Shown here piece after piece: positions 1 through 10,210 of a stretch of 64,000 nucleotides of DNA. A program made the position numbers and the translations under genes. A model generated the notes under the pieces. That model had not been told where the DNA came from. It did not search any database and saw only the letters and a list, made by a program, of their open reading frames with translations. Source of the DNA: an archaeon BMS3Abin17 (GTDB lineage: Archaea; Nanobdellota; Nanobdellia; Pacearchaeales; GW2011-AR1); the NCBI GenBank assembly GCA_002897655.1, contig BDTJ01000038.1:1957-65956 (forward strand), in the 5' to 3' direction. The first letter of the stretch is position 1. Each line of letters opens with the position of its first letter.

Positions 1-2563
1 CTACATTTATGCTGATATTCCATTTCCCAGAACTGTTTGTATTAGTCCCGTCAAAACAGCTTATCCACCATTTATAATCTCCATCTGTCAAGGAGGTATT
101 TGCAGTAATTGTTGTTGAAGTTGCATTTAAGACACTTGCATTATTTCCGTAAGCAGTTGTATTTCCTGCACTATTGTTAAGCCATAAAGTACAATCCAAA
201 GTTGAAGCTTTTTCTTCAGTCACATTAAAAACAAAATCAGGAGAATTGTCTGTTGTGTTTAAAGTATTATTAGCAGGAAACTCCAATAAAACTATCGGAG
301 GGGAAATATCAGAGGCATCAATTGTAACTGTCCAATTTGCATCATTCCAATCTGATAATGAATTAACATCATAACAAAGGATGTTCCATTCATATGTCCC
401 ATCAGATATATTTGAAACATTAAAACTATTGTCGCCAGAAACTATATTTATAGAAGTTTGATTTAATAACCAAGTTCCGTTTATATTTGTGTACAAAGAA
501 CAATTTGCTATTCCTACATTGTCTGTTGCATTATAAACAAAAGTTATGTTTCCATCTGTATTGGTTGTTGCATTTGAAGGAGAAATTAAATTTACTATTG
601 GATTAGTTGTATCTGCTAAAATCGTGACAGTCTCGCTTGAAGTTTGTTCTGTATAGCCATTTTTAGTGCAAGTGATATTCCAATCATAGCTTCCTGCTAT
701 TGAAAATGTCTTGTTGACTTCCCATTTTCTCAAAGTATTATTCCATGTCATGTTATAAGAAGTTGTGTCATTAAAATTTGCAATGCAGGTTACAGATTGC
801 AAAATATGAGCATAGCCGTTTGCAGATGCCACTGCAATGTCATTTATTCCGTCATTGTTTATGTCAGAGATGTCTGTTGCTGGAGATGAACCATAATAAT
901 ACCCAATATATCCTAAACCAATAGTATACTCCCATAATAAGCTTCCTGATTTATTCAAAACATAAATTCTACTTCCTGCGCCAGCTATTATCTCATCAAA
1001 ACCATCATTATTCACATCTCCTATTGAAATTGACAGCACTGAACCAGAAGACAATGTAAAACTCCATAATTGACCAGAATTATTATTAAATCCTCTTAAA
1101 ATTCCTGAATCACCAACAATAACATCATCCTCCCATCCATCATTATCTAAATCTATGATAGTAGTTTCATAACCAAAACCAGTAGGCACTGTTGATTTCC
1201 AAATACAACCAGCAACTCCCCCATCACAAGTAAGACTCATTTGAGAACCCCATGTTCCATTCCAACTAAAAGCGAATAAATCTCCATATTCTCCAACAAT
1301 AATCTCGTCATTAAAGCCATCATGGTCTAAATCAACTGCCATTAATGCACGTGCATCTCCAAGATTAGAGGTATTAAAAATTAAAGTCCCATTGTCCCCG
1401 ACAAAAGCCATAAGATTTCCAGCCGAACCCCTCGTAACTCCGGCAACATCATCATCCCCATCCCGATCAAAATCCCCAACTGCAACTTCAAAAATCCTAT
1501 AACCAAAATTAGTTGAACCATTCCAAAAATTAGTCCAGGTTATTCCATCTGAAGTATTAAATGCAATGATTTTAGAACCACTCCCCACTACAAAATCATC
1601 TTTTATTCCATCATTATCCAAATCAGCAAGAACAACAGAATAAACATTCCCTAAATCACTGCTAGCCCATACTTGATCTCCAGTTTCATTAAACACCCTA
1701 ACATAACCAGCATCATCAGCAACAACAACCTCATTTTCATAACCATCATTGTCCAAATCTCCAACTTCAATTTCATATATATCGCTAGCAACACCAGTAT
1801 CTTGGGCAAATGAGGTTCCATTTGAATAATAAAAATATATCATGCCATAACCATTATCAGTTCCGACAGCAACACAATCTTTCTTCCCTTTGTTTTCACA
1901 ATCAAAATATGCAATTGACCAAGTTGAATCCTTATTATCCAAATCCCCTGTATTCCAAACAACCTGTCCAATTTCATAATTATTCAATCCAATGCCGGAA
2001 ACAGGCATCAAACTGCTTGTGTAATTAGCATAAAAATAAGTCTGCTCATTTACAACTTTCCCAGTATCATTTTCAATTGCTAAAGCCGTTGAATAAGAAC
2101 TAACATTAATTAAATCTGTAGTGCTCACATTTGCATAACTTAAATCATTAAAACAAGAAACATTCAAAGCATAAATTCCAATCGGCATTGTTGTTGTGTG
2201 GTTTGTGAGGTATTTTCCATCAGCAATTATTTCATACTGCAATGTCGAGGGATTAAAACTCATGTTAACAGCAGAAGTCCATAAACCTGTTTTATTGTGC
2301 CTGAACTCGCACCACACATTTGAACCATTAATGGAATTTCCAGAAGTTGCGTTTGTATAATTTGCGTAGATGACAGAATAATTCGCATAAACTATTTGTG
2401 AATCAGAATCATCCCAGACAGTTAAATTTGTCTCACCACTCTGCACACTCCCCAGACCAGTTACAAGAACTGTGTAAGCCAGACCAAAAAACAGCACACC
2501 AAGAATTAAAGTAAGACGCCAGAGGCCTTCGCCCCCCCCAGCTTTTTCGCCTGGCAAGTTCAT
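1..2563 (-). CDS. Secreted/anchored FG-GAP-like repeat (beta-propeller) surface protein with Ig-like C-terminal repeats; 3' end lies outside the window
   Basis: My own translation of the minus strand from the ATG at 2563 gives MNLPGEKAGGGEGLWRLTLILGVLFFGLAYTVLV, a signal/anchor segment. It is followed by many D-x-D-N-D-G-x-x-D/E calcium-binding FG-GAP-like motifs (DLDNDGYENEVVVADD, DLDNDGIKDDFVVGS, DFDRDGDDDVAGV, DLDHDGFNDEIIVGE, DLDNDGWEDDVIVGD, DVNNDGFDEIIAGA, DINNDGINDIAVAS) and many N-x-S/T sequons. The frame stays open to position 1. The supplied track does not list it because it runs off the window edge. Confidence 0.6.
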   Translation of the reverse strand, partial: MNLPGEKAGGGEGLWRLTLILGVLFFGLAYTVLVTGLGSVQSGETNLTVWDDSDSQIVYANYSVIYANYTNATSGNSINGSNVWCEFRHNKTGLWTSAVNMSFNPSTLQYEIIADGKYLTNHTTTMPIGIYALNVSCFNDLSYANVSTTDLINVSSYSTALAIENDTGKVVNEQTYFYANYTSSLMPVSGIGLNNYEIGQVVWNTGDLDNKDSTWSIAYFDCENKGKKDCVAVGTDNGYGMIYFYYSNGTSFAQDTGVASDIYEIEVGDLDNDGYENEVVVADDAGYVRVFNETGDQVWASSDLGNVYSVVLADLDNDGIKDDFVVGSGSKIIAFNTSDGITWTNFWNGSTNFGYRIFEVAVGDFDRDGDDDVAGVTRGSAGNLMAFVGDNGTLIFNTSNLGDARALMAVDLDHDGFNDEIIVGEYGDLFAFSWNGTWGSQMSLTCDGGVAGCIWKSTVPTGFGYETTIIDLDNDGWEDDVIVGDSGILRGFNNNSGQLWSFTLSSGSVLSISIGDVNNDGFDEIIAGAGSRIYVLNKSGSLLWEYTIGLGYIGYYYGSSPATDISDINNDGINDIAVASANGYAHILQSVTCIANFNDTTSYNMTWNNTLRKWEVNKTFSIAGSYDWNITCTKNGYTEQTSSETVTILADTTNPIVNLISPSNATTNTDGNITFVYNATDNVGIANCSLYTNINGTWLLNQTSINIVSGDNSFNVSNISDGTYEWNILCYDVNSLSDWNDANWTVTIDASDISPPIVLLEFPANNTLNTTDNSPDFVFNVTEEKASTLDCTLWLNNSAGNTTAYGNNASVLNATSTTITANTSLTDGDYKWWISCFDGTNTNSSGKWNISINV

Positions 2564-2616
2564 TTTAGAATGATTATACTGAATCAACAACAATTTATCC
2601 GTCCTCTTTTTATATA
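2426..2616. repeat. Direct repeat copy A (191 bp): promoter, 5' UTR and first ~40 codons of the FG-GAP surface protein gene
   Basis: Near-identical to 4703-4893 when read directly. It contains an 8-nt C run on the plus strand (poly-G on the coding strand). Confidence 0.75.
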
Positions 2617-2815
2617 ATAGAAATATGGGAAAAAGGATTTATATGTGTTTTGGATTTTGTAAGGAGACAAAATATTCTTCCGGTGAATTTTCTGCAAATA
2701 AAATAAATATTTTCAAAGATATCATCTAAGATTATAACGTTACTTAAATTATGTATAAAACAAACCATTCACCCTCTTACAATAATTATTTAAATGAGAG
2801 GTTTGTGATTAATTT

Positions 2816-3016
2816 ATGGAATCTATAAGTTTAGAAACAATACACAATGATTTGGAGTTGTTAAAAAAAGCTGTCGCAGAAATAAGAATTGCAGTAAACA
2901 TTGAACCGAAATTAAGAGAAGAAATTAAACAGCAGGTCAATGAAGCAAGAGAAAGAATCAAAAAAGGAGAGTTTGTCTCGAACGAAGAGATATTAAAAGA
3001 GTTCAATACAGCATGA
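2816..3016 (+). CDS. Putative antitoxin of a RelE/ParE-type TA pair
   Basis: 66-aa ORF overlapping the downstream toxin ORF by 4 nt; small charged helical protein. Confidence 0.45.
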   Translation: MESISLETIHNDLELLKKAVAEIRIAVNIEPKLREEIKQQVNEARERIKKGEFVSNEEILKEFNTA

Positions 3017-3288
3017 CCTATGAAATTATCTGGGATGAACAAGCGAGAAACTTTTTAAGAAAACTGGAAAAGAAAGAATCCCTAAGAATAATAAAAAAGA
3101 TTAATAGTATTGTTGAAAATCCAATGCATTTTTTAGAAACTCTTGTTGATATTAATAGTTATAAACTCAGAGTTGGTAATTATAGGGCACTAATTGATAT
3201 TGATAAAAAGAATAAATCTTTTAGCATTCTTTTTATAGGGCACAGGAAAAATATTTATAAGCATTTAAGAAACTTTAAAGACAAGTGA
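3013..3288 (+). CDS. RelE/ParE-family toxin
   Basis: 91 aa. The C-terminal segment YRALIDIDKKNKSFSILFIGHRKNIY is typical of RelE/ParE toxins. It is translationally coupled to the upstream small ORF. Confidence 0.6.
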   Translation: MTYEIIWDEQARNFLRKLEKKESLRIIKKINSIVENPMHFLETLVDINSYKLRVGNYRALIDIDKKNKSFSILFIGHRKNIYKHLRNFKDK

Positions 3289-3382
3289 ATCAATCCCTCT
3301 CGGCTTTTCCCCCGGGGAAATTCATTCTAAAATTATTATTCTGATTCAAAATCAATTTATCAACACACCTTTTATCATATTT

Positions 3383-4582
3383 TTATCCCTTTATTAATTC
3401 CCAGATATATTTTCCAGATTTTTTCCCTTTTAATCCGATTATTTCTCCCCTGCAATTATACTCTTTTGTAAAGGATTTTAAATTTCTTATATCAGAATTA
3501 TCAAAGTTATATTTAACTTCAATCCCGCAAATTTTATTTTTCCTCCCGATTAAAACAAAATCAACTTCTTGCTTATTCGTTGTCCTCCAAAATTTTATTT
3601 TTTCCCCTGATTTCATTAGCTCCAAAAAAACAAAAGTTTCAAATACATTTCCTAAGATTACTTTTGGGAATTCTTTAAACCAAAGTAAATTCATCATGCC
3701 TGTATCTAAAAAATATATCTTTGGATTTTTAGATAACTCGCTTCTTAAATTTTTATGAAAAGGGCTTATTCTTTTTATTATAAATGTATTCTCCAAAAGA
3801 TCAAGATATTCTGAAATAGTTTCCCTGTTTATATTAAGGGTGTTTGATAATTCCAGTATATTAAGAAGTTGCCCCGATTGCGATGCCAAAATCTCAATTA
3901 ATTTATTAAAAGAAGATATATTGCGGATATTTCCTATATCCCTTATATCTTTCCTTATATAGGTGTTAATTATCTGGGATAGATATGTTAGTTTTTTCTC
4001 TTCTAATCTCTCAAGAACTATTTTAGGATAACCGCCAAATTTTATATATTCTTCTGCCAGGATAATTAATTCATCATTTATTGCCTTAGTATTCTCAGTT
4101 TTTAATTGGTAATTTTTATTCTTAAAGATTAAAAACTCCTCAAAACTTAAAGGATAAAGCTCGAAATTAACTGTTCTTCCAACAAGACTTTCTTTAAATT
4201 TCTTTTTAATCTCAAATGTTGATGGTCCGGAAACAATTAATTTAACATTTTCATAATGATCATGCATTATCTTTAAAAAATTAGAGGGATTTTCCAGATA
4301 TTGTATTTCATCGATAATAAGGTAAATCTTTTTTTTATCATTAGCCCCTTTTTGGATAAGGTATTTATAAACACTTTCAGGACCCTCATTGCATAAATCT
4401 AATAAGTCTTTTAATTCCAAATCAAAATAAAAAGCATTTTCTTTTAAATGATTCTCAATTATATATTTTACAAGGGTTGTTTTACCGACCTGCCTAGAAC
4501 CATAAATGACTATCACTTCCCTTGATTTTAGATACTTTAGTATTTCATCTGTTATCTTTCTTTTGTATTTTCTATCTTTCAT
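3383..4582 (-). CDS. AAA+ ATPase of the DUF4143 (archaeal ATPase) family
   Basis: Walker A GSRQVGKTT near the N-terminus; 399 aa; overall organisation matches AAA/DUF4143 proteins. Confidence 0.65.
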   Translation of the reverse strand: MKDRKYKRKITDEILKYLKSREVIVIYGSRQVGKTTLVKYIIENHLKENAFYFDLELKDLLDLCNEGPESVYKYLIQKGANDKKKIYLIIDEIQYLENPSNFLKIMHDHYENVKLIVSGPSTFEIKKKFKESLVGRTVNFELYPLSFEEFLIFKNKNYQLKTENTKAINDELIILAEEYIKFGGYPKIVLERLEEKKLTYLSQIINTYIRKDIRDIGNIRNISSFNKLIEILASQSGQLLNILELSNTLNINRETISEYLDLLENTFIIKRISPFHKNLRSELSKNPKIYFLDTGMMNLLWFKEFPKVILGNVFETFVFLELMKSGEKIKFWRTTNKQEVDFVLIGRKNKICGIEVKYNFDNSDIRNLKSFTKEYNCRGEIIGLKGKKSGKYIWELIKG

Positions 4583-4702
4583 TTTAATATTAAATAATGC
4601 CCATAGATAGGGTAAATATTATTAGGTTATTTGTATACTATACTATGCACATTACTTTTTAAACCTTTCTTTTTCCTAGCTTTTCATTTCCTATATTGTA
4701 AG

Positions 4703-4893
4703 ATTTGTCTCACCACTCTGCACACTCCCCAGACCTGTTACAAGAACTGTGTAAGCCAGACCAAAAAACAGCACACCAAGAATTAAACTAAGACGCCAGA
4801 GGCCTTCGCCCCCCCCCATTTTTGGATGGGCAAGTTCATTTTATGAGTATTATACTGAATCAACAACAATTTTTCCACACCTCTTTTTATATG
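4703..4893. repeat. Direct repeat copy B (191 bp), a frameshifted duplicate of the surface-protein gene 5' end
   Basis: Same sequence as 2426-2616 but with 9 C instead of 8. On the minus strand it reads MNLPIQKWGG...* and stops after 19 codons. The -1 frame still encodes GEGLWRLSLILGVLFFGLAYTVLVTGLGSVQSGETNL. Confidence 0.75.
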
Positions 4894-4922
4894 ATATATT
4901 AAAGGAAAATTGTATTTATACT

Positions 4923-7730
4923 TCACTGTTTCGCTGATTTAAATGTTTTCCTTTTTTTATTCCTTTTTCTCAATAAAAGAATCACAATAGCAACTATAAA
5001 TGCCGGCACAAATACCTGGATAATAATCTTAAGTTTCTTTATTTCAAGATTCAAAAATTTTATTCTTTCCTTAATATTCTCGTCCTGGTTCTCACTTTCT
5101 TCATTTATTTCATTTTCAACAGCATTTCCTGTTATCTCTTGTTGTTTTGGTCTTGGAATTTCTTCATGAATTGTCTGAATTGTGATTTTTGCTTTTTTGT
5201 TTATAATGTTCTCTAATTTAACATATAGATTATAATAGCTCGGGGAAGTCAGATTCAATTTTGCACTCTGGCCTATTCCTAAAACTAATTTTATAATTGT
5301 GCTTTGAATAGTGATGTTAACAAAGTCTTTTCCAAGATAATTTAATGTTAGTGTGTGCGGTCTTGTTTTTTCATCGAAAAAAGTAAATGCAATTTTATCG
5401 TTTTTCTTCAGCTCTTTTGTGTATCCTGAAGAGATTTGTTCATTATTGAGTGTATATGTCTTAGATGCTGAAGTTCCCCCTCCGCCGCCAGTACTCTGTG
5501 CAACAACAGGGGGAGCACTCACAGTAAAAATTCTTTGACTTGAATTTTTCCTGTTGTTCGCTGAATCTGTGCAGTTCACAGACCAGTTATAATTTCCAGG
5601 GATAAATGTCTGGGTAAAATTTTGTGTTAAGGATAAATTTGTTACAGAAGAATTAGTCAGACTGATATTTTTATTTATAATCAAGCTACAGTTGGCAATA
5701 TTGAAATTATCTGTTATATTGTAGGTAAAAGTAATTTGCTGAGAATTAGAAGTGTAAGTAGCAGAATTACTTGGATTGATTAGCGTTATATTTGGTCTTG
5801 TTGCATCATAAGTTATGGTATAATTTGATTCAGCAAAACTATATTGGGATGCATTGTTATATGCCCTGCAATTCCAGAAATAAGATGTTTCGTCTGAGAG
5901 ATTATATTGAACAATTGTTGAATTAGAAGTTCCGGAAATGTTTTTTGTCAAATTATAAACCAGATTTTGTGAAGAATTCCAGACAAAAAATGTCAGATTA
6001 ATTAATTTAAAATTTGAAGATACCTCGGTTGAGCAGATGAGATTTGTTTGGTTTTGATTTGTGTGTGTGTTGTTTACAGGAGATTCCAAAGAAACACTTA
6101 TATTTGCAATATTAAAACTAAAATTCGCTTCAGCATATGCAGAGTTTCCATTACTATCAAAAGCAAAACAATTCCAGGTATAGCTATCTATAGAAAGCCC
6201 AATCACATTGAATGATGTTTCGCTGAATGAACTGGAAATTCCGGTGGTTGTTTGATTAATTAAATCAGAACTGGAATTCCATAAATAAAAAGTTATATTT
6301 GATAATTCAAGTGCATCAGTTGCATTGCAAATAAATGTCTGGTTTGTATTAAATGTTATAAAATTATCTGCAGGAGAAATTAAGTTTACATTGGGGGGGA
6401 TTTCATCAAAAGAAAGAACAGCAGAATAAATATCAATTCTTGAGAAATTTAATCCACTTCCTGAACTATCATCAATTAAAGCTCCGGTGTTATTCAGGGC
6501 ATTCTGAATTTCAGAAGGGGTTAAAACTCTACTGCTCTGTAATCTGTAAAATTGCCTGACTAATGCAAATGCTCCGGCAACATGGGGTGCTGCCATTGAG
6601 GTGCCTGATGCAACTGCATAAAGCCCTGAACATGCAATCTCAGAACAAATTGGAGCATTAAGATATTCTGTTGAATTTATATTTGAACCTGGAGCAAACA
6701 AATCTGTTATATTATTTCTATTTGAATAACTGGCTATATTATCACTTTTATCTGTTGCCCCGACAGCAGTTGCATTTTCAACACAAGCAGGAGAGGCAAT
6801 TTGAGTAGAAATTCCATTATTGCCTGTTGCAACTATAACTGAAATATTTTTTGCGACAGCAGAGTTAATAGACGGTGCCAGCGAATCATTATTGCAATAA
6901 TCATTGTATTGCCCTCCGCCCAAACTCATGCTTATTACAGAAATATTATAAATTGAAGAATTATCAACACACCAGTCTATAGCAGCCTGTATATCTGAGC
7001 TGAAACCACTGCCGCTTGAGTTTAATACTTTTATTGCTACTATGCCTGAACTTATTGCAACTCCTTTAATTCCTCCGCTTGCAGCAGCAATTCCTGCAAC
7101 ATGTGTTCCATGCCCATTATTATCTGCTGCATTGAAATTCTCTGATTGGTTATTAAGGCAGCAATATGTATCTTCTCCTTCTGTTGCAGAGCAATAGCAG
7201 TATTCTGCAACAACTCTTCCTTGCAGATCTGGATGAGTATTATTTATTCCAGTATCAATTACGCAGATTGCTTCATCAATCCCTGTTATGTTTATCCCAG
7301 AGATTTGTTTTGGCCAGAGTGTGCTGGCATTTATCAAAGGAACAGAATCCTGAAGAAAAGCTTTCATAACCCTATCTATTTTTATTGATTTAACATTAGG
7401 ATTGCCCCCTAACGCATTTAACTCCTTTTCAGAAACCTCAATAGCAATGCTTTCCTTAAAAATATGTTTTAAATTTTCTTCTTTAACCTGACTAATTATC
7501 TTATTTCTAATTTCCTCTTTTTCAGAATTTATTTCTGAGGGTGTTTTTTGAGTTTTAAAGAAAAAACCTTTTTCAGGAGCTGGCTCTTTTAATCCTACAA
7601 TAACCCTCACTTTCCCGTCCCCCAGATTTTTATAAACTTCTTCGCTGATTTTATTTGCCCTTGATGATGAACTGACAAATAAGATTAATGTTATTAAAAT
7701 TAGAAACCCAATTAAATATTTAATTTTCAT
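4923..7730 (-). CDS. Subtilisin-like serine protease (peptidase S8) with C-terminal repeat domains and a TM anchor
   Basis: Catalytic motifs DTGINNTHPDL, HGTHVAGIAA and GTSMAAPHVAG. Start chosen at the internal Met (MKIKYLIGFLILITLILFV signal peptide). C-terminal hydrophobic anchor plus a KRNKKRK tail; many N-glycosylation sequons. Confidence 0.85.
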   Translation of the reverse strand: MKIKYLIGFLILITLILFVSSSSRANKISEEVYKNLGDGKVRVIVGLKEPAPEKGFFFKTQKTPSEINSEKEEIRNKIISQVKEENLKHIFKESIAIEVSEKELNALGGNPNVKSIKIDRVMKAFLQDSVPLINASTLWPKQISGINITGIDEAICVIDTGINNTHPDLQGRVVAEYCYCSATEGEDTYCCLNNQSENFNAADNNGHGTHVAGIAAASGGIKGVAISSGIVAIKVLNSSGSGFSSDIQAAIDWCVDNSSIYNISVISMSLGGGQYNDYCNNDSLAPSINSAVAKNISVIVATGNNGISTQIASPACVENATAVGATDKSDNIASYSNRNNITDLFAPGSNINSTEYLNAPICSEIACSGLYAVASGTSMAAPHVAGAFALVRQFYRLQSSRVLTPSEIQNALNNTGALIDDSSGSGLNFSRIDIYSAVLSFDEIPPNVNLISPADNFITFNTNQTFICNATDALELSNITFYLWNSSSDLINQTTTGISSSFSETSFNVIGLSIDSYTWNCFAFDSNGNSAYAEANFSFNIANISVSLESPVNNTHTNQNQTNLICSTEVSSNFKLINLTFFVWNSSQNLVYNLTKNISGTSNSTIVQYNLSDETSYFWNCRAYNNASQYSFAESNYTITYDATRPNITLINPSNSATYTSNSQQITFTYNITDNFNIANCSLIINKNISLTNSSVTNLSLTQNFTQTFIPGNYNWSVNCTDSANNRKNSSQRIFTVSAPPVVAQSTGGGGGTSASKTYTLNNEQISSGYTKELKKNDKIAFTFFDEKTRPHTLTLNYLGKDFVNITIQSTIIKLVLGIGQSAKLNLTSPSYYNLYVKLENIINKKAKITIQTIHEEIPRPKQQEITGNAVENEINEESENQDENIKERIKFLNLEIKKLKIIIQVFVPAFIVAIVILLLRKRNKKRKTFKSAKQ

Positions 7731-8010
7731 TTGAAATAATCCCGCATTTTCCTCTAACACACCCGCAATAACCTGCACCACAATCTAACGGTCCTGCACA
7801 AACAGATGTACACATTATCTCCTTACAATAAGGAGCCTGTTTTTTTGGAACACAACTTTCAGGATGACAGCAAATTGCAGGAGCACATTCACTATTAGTT
7901 AGGCATCTCATAAGAGTATCTTGTTTATTTTGAGAGAGAAAATAAATCCCTCCAAAAATAACCAGTAATATAATAACTATCCAGAGGATTTTTTTGTGAT
8001 TAATTTTCAA
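7720..8010 (-). CDS. Small Cys-rich membrane-anchored protein
   Basis: 96 aa with an N-terminal TM helix and 14 Cys in an extracellular-like domain. Confidence 0.4.
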   Translation of the reverse strand: MKINHKKILWIVIILLVIFGGIYFLSQNKQDTLMRCLTNSECAPAICCHPESCVPKKQAPYCKEIMCTSVCAGPLDCGAGYCGCVRGKCGIISNEN

Positions 8011-8157
8011 ACCTCCTTTTATCTAATATATTAGAGGAAAAATGTTTTTTATATGTTATGATTTTATTAAGCTAAATTCATAAAGAAATATTGCACTCAT
8101 TTGTAAATTCACTTGCCTGCCAATAAAAATCTATTAATTAGAGTATTCCAACAATTT

Positions 8158-8709
8158 TCATTTTCTGCTCACATGTTTATTTTCTCTGACATAAAACCTC
8201 AGTTTTTCAGGCAAATCTTTTGTCACACCCACTCTGAATGCTTCTTCAATCTCAAATTTCTCATTGTTTTCCACAATCCATATTTCCGGATTACCAATTA
8301 TCTCTTTATTATGAAAACTTTTATCTATGTTCAGGGCTTTTGTAAGCAAACCAGGACCATTGCATCTTGCATTAAAGTTCAGTGGCTCAAGGGCTCTCAG
8401 AAGCACAGCCTCGGCTTTTCCCCTGCTTCCGGTAATAAAATTAATCAGCCAGTTATTATGAACTCCGTAAACAAGTATTGTTCCTGGCTCATCCTCCATT
8501 ACTTCCTTAAGATTGCCGTTTTTGCACGCCCTTGATGCAGGGTCTTCTCCTCCAAAATAAGCTTCTGTCTCAACAATCCTCGCCTTTAATATTTCCTTTC
8601 CCACTCTCCTGACCAAGACTTTCCCAAGCAGCTCCTGTGCAACTGTCTTCGCATCTCTTGAAAAAAATTTACCATTCAGTTTTTTGCTTGTGACCTTGAG
8701 GTTATTCAT
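8158..8709 (-). CDS. mpg: DNA-3-methyladenine glycosylase (Mpg/AAG family)
   Basis: The stretch TEAYFGGEDPASRA ... GPGLLTKALNID matches the conserved Mpg family core. Confidence 0.7.
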   Translation of the reverse strand: MNNLKVTSKKLNGKFFSRDAKTVAQELLGKVLVRRVGKEILKARIVETEAYFGGEDPASRACKNGNLKEVMEDEPGTILVYGVHNNWLINFITGSRGKAEAVLLRALEPLNFNARCNGPGLLTKALNIDKSFHNKEIIGNPEIWIVENNEKFEIEEAFRVGVTKDLPEKLRFYVRENKHVSRK

Positions 8710-9146
8710 TTTACAATTTTAAAATTTTTTATTCTAATAAACTCTTCAAAAGGTGCTTTAATAACATTTCCTTGGAAAAAAATATAAGTATCAGAATAAA
8801 AATCATGAGTTACTTGTTTAGAAATGTCGTAAATAAATGACTCTGTCGTTTTTCTAACCCTTATAAGCCTCCTTAACATAATTTCATCAGCATATTCCGG
8901 ATAATTAGAAATTTCCTCAAAAACAACCAAAGCTGGCCAGCTCATAACTATAATCTCAAAGATATCTTTTTTTGTTTTAACTTCCCTGCCTTTCTCTATT
9001 AATTCGAAAAAATAATCACATAATTCATTAAAAAAGTCTTCTGTTAGTTTCTCGTCCAAAACTCTATAAAATTCATTGCACTCTTCTTCATCATAATACA
9101 CAACTAGATTATTCCCTTCAACAACAAAAATAGAGTTAAAAAACAA
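8706..9146 (-). CDS. Hypothetical protein
   Basis: 146-aa ORF coupled by a 4-nt overlap to mpg. Confidence 0.35.
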   Translation of the reverse strand: MFFNSIFVVEGNNLVVYYDEEECNEFYRVLDEKLTEDFFNELCDYFFELIEKGREVKTKKDIFEIIVMSWPALVVFEEISNYPEYADEIMLRRLIRVRKTTESFIYDISKQVTHDFYSDTYIFFQGNVIKAPFEEFIRIKNFKIVK

Positions 9147-9285
9147 AATCCAGCCATTTTCTTAATTCATTAGATTCCCCTTCATACCAAGCCATTACAT
9201 CAAAGAGATAATGGTCTAACCTAGTAACCCCTTTAATATACCTCTTCTCCATTATATTTTTAAAAGTGAATGAGTTAAAAAAGCT

Positions 9286-10206
9286 ATGGCATCAACAAAC
9301 CAGTCACCATTTTATCAAAAAGCAGAAGTAAAGTTTCTATCATCCCAAACAGATGAAGAAAGAGTCAAGGCTTTAGAAGAAATGATAAGAGAGTGTCCTA
9401 AGCACAAATCTGCTGAGAAAATGCTTGCAAAATTAAAAACCCGTTATAAAAAATTAAAAGAAAGAATGGAAAGGGTGAAAAAAGTCCAAAAATCAAGAGG
9501 GGGAAAGGCGGGAATAAAAAAAGAAGACATGCAGGCAGTTATTATTGGCATGACTAATTCTGGAAAATCTTCATTAATCAATCTTTTGACAAATGCAAAA
9601 CCAGAGATAAATCCAAATAGATTCACAACAAATTATCCGATAGTGGGTATGATGAGTTATGCAGGAACAAGTATCCAGCTAGTAGAAGTTCCTGCAATTG
9701 AATCAGAATACTATGACAAAGGCATAGCACACACTGCAGACACAATAATTGTCTTAATTACAGGAATTGAGCAAATAAAACCAATACAAGAGTTTTTGAC
9801 AAAAGCTTATGGTAAAAAGATAATAGTTCTGAATAAATCAGACACTCTTTCTGAAAATGAAAAGAGAAAGATAGCGGCAACTCTTCAGAGCAAAAAACAT
9901 AACTTTGTCATCATATCCACAAAAGCAAAAGAGAATATTGAAGAATTAAAAAATAAAATATTCCAGAGCTTTGATAAAATAAGAATTTATACAAAAGAGC
10001 CTTGGAAAAAAGAAAAAACAGAAAAACCAATAATCCTTGAACCAAACTCAACAGTAAAAGATGTTGCAGAAAAAATACTAAAAGGATTTTCAGAAAAAGT
10101 CAAAGAAACAAAAATATGGGGTCCAAGCAGCAAATTTGCCGGGCAAAAAATAGGACTCCAGCATAAACTCAAAGATATGGATGTCGTAGAGTTTAAGACA
10201 AAGTAA
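9286..10206 (+). CDS. Obg/Drg-like GTP-binding protein with a C-terminal TGS-like domain
   Basis: G1 motif GMTNSGKSS and G4 motif NKSD. The C-terminal segment RIYTKEPWKK...KIGLQHKLKDMDVVEF resembles a TGS domain. The G3 motif is degenerate. Confidence 0.5.
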   Translation: MASTNQSPFYQKAEVKFLSSQTDEERVKALEEMIRECPKHKSAEKMLAKLKTRYKKLKERMERVKKVQKSRGGKAGIKKEDMQAVIIGMTNSGKSSLINLLTNAKPEINPNRFTTNYPIVGMMSYAGTSIQLVEVPAIESEYYDKGIAHTADTIIVLITGIEQIKPIQEFLTKAYGKKIIVLNKSDTLSENEKRKIAATLQSKKHNFVIISTKAKENIEELKNKIFQSFDKIRIYTKEPWKKEKTEKPIILEPNSTVKDVAEKILKGFSEKVKETKIWGPSSKFAGQKIGLQHKLKDMDVVEFKTK

Positions 10207-10210
10207 TTAA

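Noticed and set aside
174-374. 66-aa plus-strand ORF
   Set aside because: It is antisense to, and entirely within, the long minus-strand FG-GAP gene. It has no coding signal of its own.
1810-2028. 72-aa plus-strand ORF
   Set aside because: It is antisense inside the FG-GAP gene. It is Asn/Gln-rich nonsense, typical of the AT-rich reverse frame.
9444-9626. 60-aa minus-strand ORF
   Set aside because: It is antisense within the GTPase gene.
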